In this document: positions 62,143 to 64,000 of the stretch, piece after piece
Layout: each line of letters opens with the position of its first letter
How positions within the stretch are numbered: the stretch's first letter is position 1
Origin: Candidatus Hydrogenedentota bacterium
Lineage (GTDB): Bacteria > Hydrogenedentota > Hydrogenedentia > Hydrogenedentales > SLHB01
DNA: 64,000 nt
Direction: 5' to 3'
Assembly: GCA_963745075.1 (NCBI GenBank)
Contig: CAVUWV010000001.1
Span: 96,001-160,000 of the forward strand
Notes under the pieces: model-generated
Database searches by the model: none
Told to the model about the DNA's origin: nothing
Seen by the model: only the letters and a program-made list of their open reading frames with translations
Position numbers and translations under genes: made by a program

Positions 62143-64000
62143 ATGAAGAAACTTCTGTTCGTGCTGGCGTTGGTTCTTGTCATCGGTGCCGTCCTGTGGT
62201 TTGTTCTTACCAGTAAGTCTTCAACGAGCGAAACAATTCCAATATCGGAATCTCAGTTGTCTGTCCCCGCGCCTGTTGCTTCCCCAAAACCTGCCCCGAC
62301 GGAATCTGCAATTGCTCGACCCGTCAAAATGGAGAAACCGCGCATCGCAGGACGCGTGGCAGCGCTCGATACGGGGCAGGGGATCGAAGGGGCGACGGTG
62401 AAGGTCACGTTGCGGGAAGAGGAAGCGTCGTTTGAAGCGGAGGACATTACGGACAGGGAGGGGAACTTTTTCGTGGCGACACGCGATCCGGGCGAATATC
62501 GGATTGAGGTAGCGCACGACGTCCTGGTGAGCGAGGAGCGGCGGTACGAAGCCACGGTCCGCGAAGGCGAGGCCGTGCCGGAACTGGTCATCTGGATGGT
62601 GTCCGGCGGTGTGGTCTCGGGCCGGGTTTACGACGCGGTATCCGGAAAAGGCATCGCCGGGGTTCGGGTCGGTGCGAACCGGGCGCAAACTCCCGGAGTC
62701 ACGACCGACGCGGACGGACGTTACCGTCTGGGTGGGCTTCGCGCGGGGAAGCCGAGGATCTTCCTGGGCCACGCGAAGGGCTACCTTGATCCTCCGGAGA
62801 ATTCGGATGGTGTGCGGGTGACCGTCTCGATGGGGGAGGAAGTTTCTGATGTGGATTTTCCGCTTCAGCCGGGCGTTTTTGGAATTATCACGGGGAAGGT
62901 GGTTGACGAGCAGGGCAAGGCGGTCGCGGACGCGGAGGTATCCGCCGTCAGCTACGACGATTTGACGAGAGAAGGCCGATTTGGGAAGGACACGAGTAGG
63001 CTGGACGGCAGCTTTCAGGTGGACGAACTGCCGGTCGCGAGCGGCTACTACGTCGCGGCGAAATCGGAAGGTTTTATTAGTGAAGAATTGGGACCACTTG
63101 GTTTGACGGACGAAGGACTTCACGATCTTGTCCTCACGCTGCGTCCAACGGGCAGTATCTCCGGTCAAGTGGTGGACGAGAATTCCGGTAAACCGGTTGG
63201 CGAACCGGAGTTCGTGGTTGACACGCGGTATGTATCAAGAGGACGCAATATCATCGGAGGCCGTTCGGGGAAGCTGGACGAAGACGGCAACTTCACGATA
63301 GCGAATCTACCGCCGGGACCTTACGGGTTGTTCGTCGATTCGCATCCCGGCGTGTTTATGTCGGGTATTGTAGAACCGCAGATCACGGTCGACCTCGAGC
63401 CTGGGCAGCACCTGACGGATATACGCCTCACGTTCGATTATGACCGCTACCTGAAGTCCAAGGCAGCGTCGAAGAACGCACCCATGGAATCGCCACGGCA
63501 GGCGGAAACCGCCAGACCCAAGGTCGGAGACGTGCGCGGACAAGTGGTGAACGCCACGACGAATGAAGCGGTCACCACATTCAATCTAGCGACCACTCAC
63601 AACTCCGGCGGGAGCAGCACCCGATCATCGCGCGCGGTGCACGACCCGGAGGGACGCTTCACCATTGGGGAAGACCAGGGTGAGACCTTGACGATTACGA
63701 TCACCGCGAAAGGCTTTACGCCCAAGCAAGAAGAGGTGGAGGGCGGCCTCGGCGCACAACCGGCACACGACATCATTGTGCGTCTCCAACCGGGGGCCTT
63801 GGTCGACGGCGAAGTGGTGGATACGTCGGGCAACGCGGTGGCGGGTGCGGCGGTGTATATCGGCGTGGATCCGAGTCTCATGGACACGGATGGTCAGGGT
63901 AGCGCCCCCGATGCGATTTCGGGTCCGGACGGGTCGTTCCACTTGGACACGCTTCCCGTATCCGCAACGACGATCTATGCGACTCATCCATCCTTCGCGG
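62143..64000 (+). CDS. Membrane-anchored carboxypeptidase-regulatory-like repeat protein, 3' end outside window
   Basis: Not in the ORF track. Manual translation from ATG 62143 (RBS GGAGG): MKKLLFVLALVLVIGAVLWFVL, Pro/Ser linker, then repeats such as VSGRVYDAVSGKGIAG...TTDADGRY and ITGKVVDEQGKAVADA. Open to the window end. Confidence 0.87.
   Translation, partial: MKKLLFVLALVLVIGAVLWFVLTSKSSTSETIPISESQLSVPAPVASPKPAPTESAIARPVKMEKPRIAGRVAALDTGQGIEGATVKVTLREEEASFEAEDITDREGNFFVATRDPGEYRIEVAHDVLVSEERRYEATVREGEAVPELVIWMVSGGVVSGRVYDAVSGKGIAGVRVGANRAQTPGVTTDADGRYRLGGLRAGKPRIFLGHAKGYLDPPENSDGVRVTVSMGEEVSDVDFPLQPGVFGIITGKVVDEQGKAVADAEVSAVSYDDLTREGRFGKDTSRLDGSFQVDELPVASGYYVAAKSEGFISEELGPLGLTDEGLHDLVLTLRPTGSISGQVVDENSGKPVGEPEFVVDTRYVSRGRNIIGGRSGKLDEDGNFTIANLPPGPYGLFVDSHPGVFMSGIVEPQITVDLEPGQHLTDIRLTFDYDRYLKSKAASKNAPMESPRQAETARPKVGDVRGQVVNATTNEAVTTFNLATTHNSGGSSTRSSRAVHDPEGRFTIGEDQGETLTITITAKGFTPKQEEVEGGLGAQPAHDIIVRLQPGALVDGEVVDTSGNAVAGAAVYIGVDPSLMDTDGQGSAPDAISGPDGSFHLDTLPVSATTIYATHPSFA

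Overview
GC-rich bacterial chromosomal window. Gene content suggests Candidatus Hydrogenedentota or a similar PVC-like lineage (inference): Tat-exported oxidoreductases and sulfatases, heparinase II/III proteins, a membrane-anchored ECF sigma factor with carboxypeptidase-regulatory-like repeats. About 37 CDS are supported. Most serve sulfated or acidic glycan degradation: two heparinase II/III-like lyases, a DUF4861 protein, an FAA hydrolase, three sulfatases, a sialidase-like protein, a DUF1080 protein, GalM and an SSS transporter. The rest include pgi, gpmA, thiF, a flippase/GT-C-like pair, a 2121-aa exported protein, two ECF modules and a broken ParDE-like toxin-antitoxin pair. No rRNA, tRNA or CRISPR array was found. 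The most striking signal is a ~1.69 kb single-gene IS-like element (43786-45472). It splits a REP-like doublet, is flanked by a CCCAG duplication, and encodes a 515-aa protein with no recognisable DDE or HUH motifs but with Rep_trans-like motifs (ExxxD, KMYDK, RxE) and a C-terminal winged helix, so it is a candidate undescribed transposase class. Other notable signals: a palindromic repeat element inserted in-frame into an arylsulfatase, a ~260 bp diverged direct repeat with a 42 bp identical core, an anti-sigma/serine-hydrolase fusion, an unnamed helical domain shared by two differently fused proteins, and four +1 frameshifts (one in pgi) that look like assembly errors.
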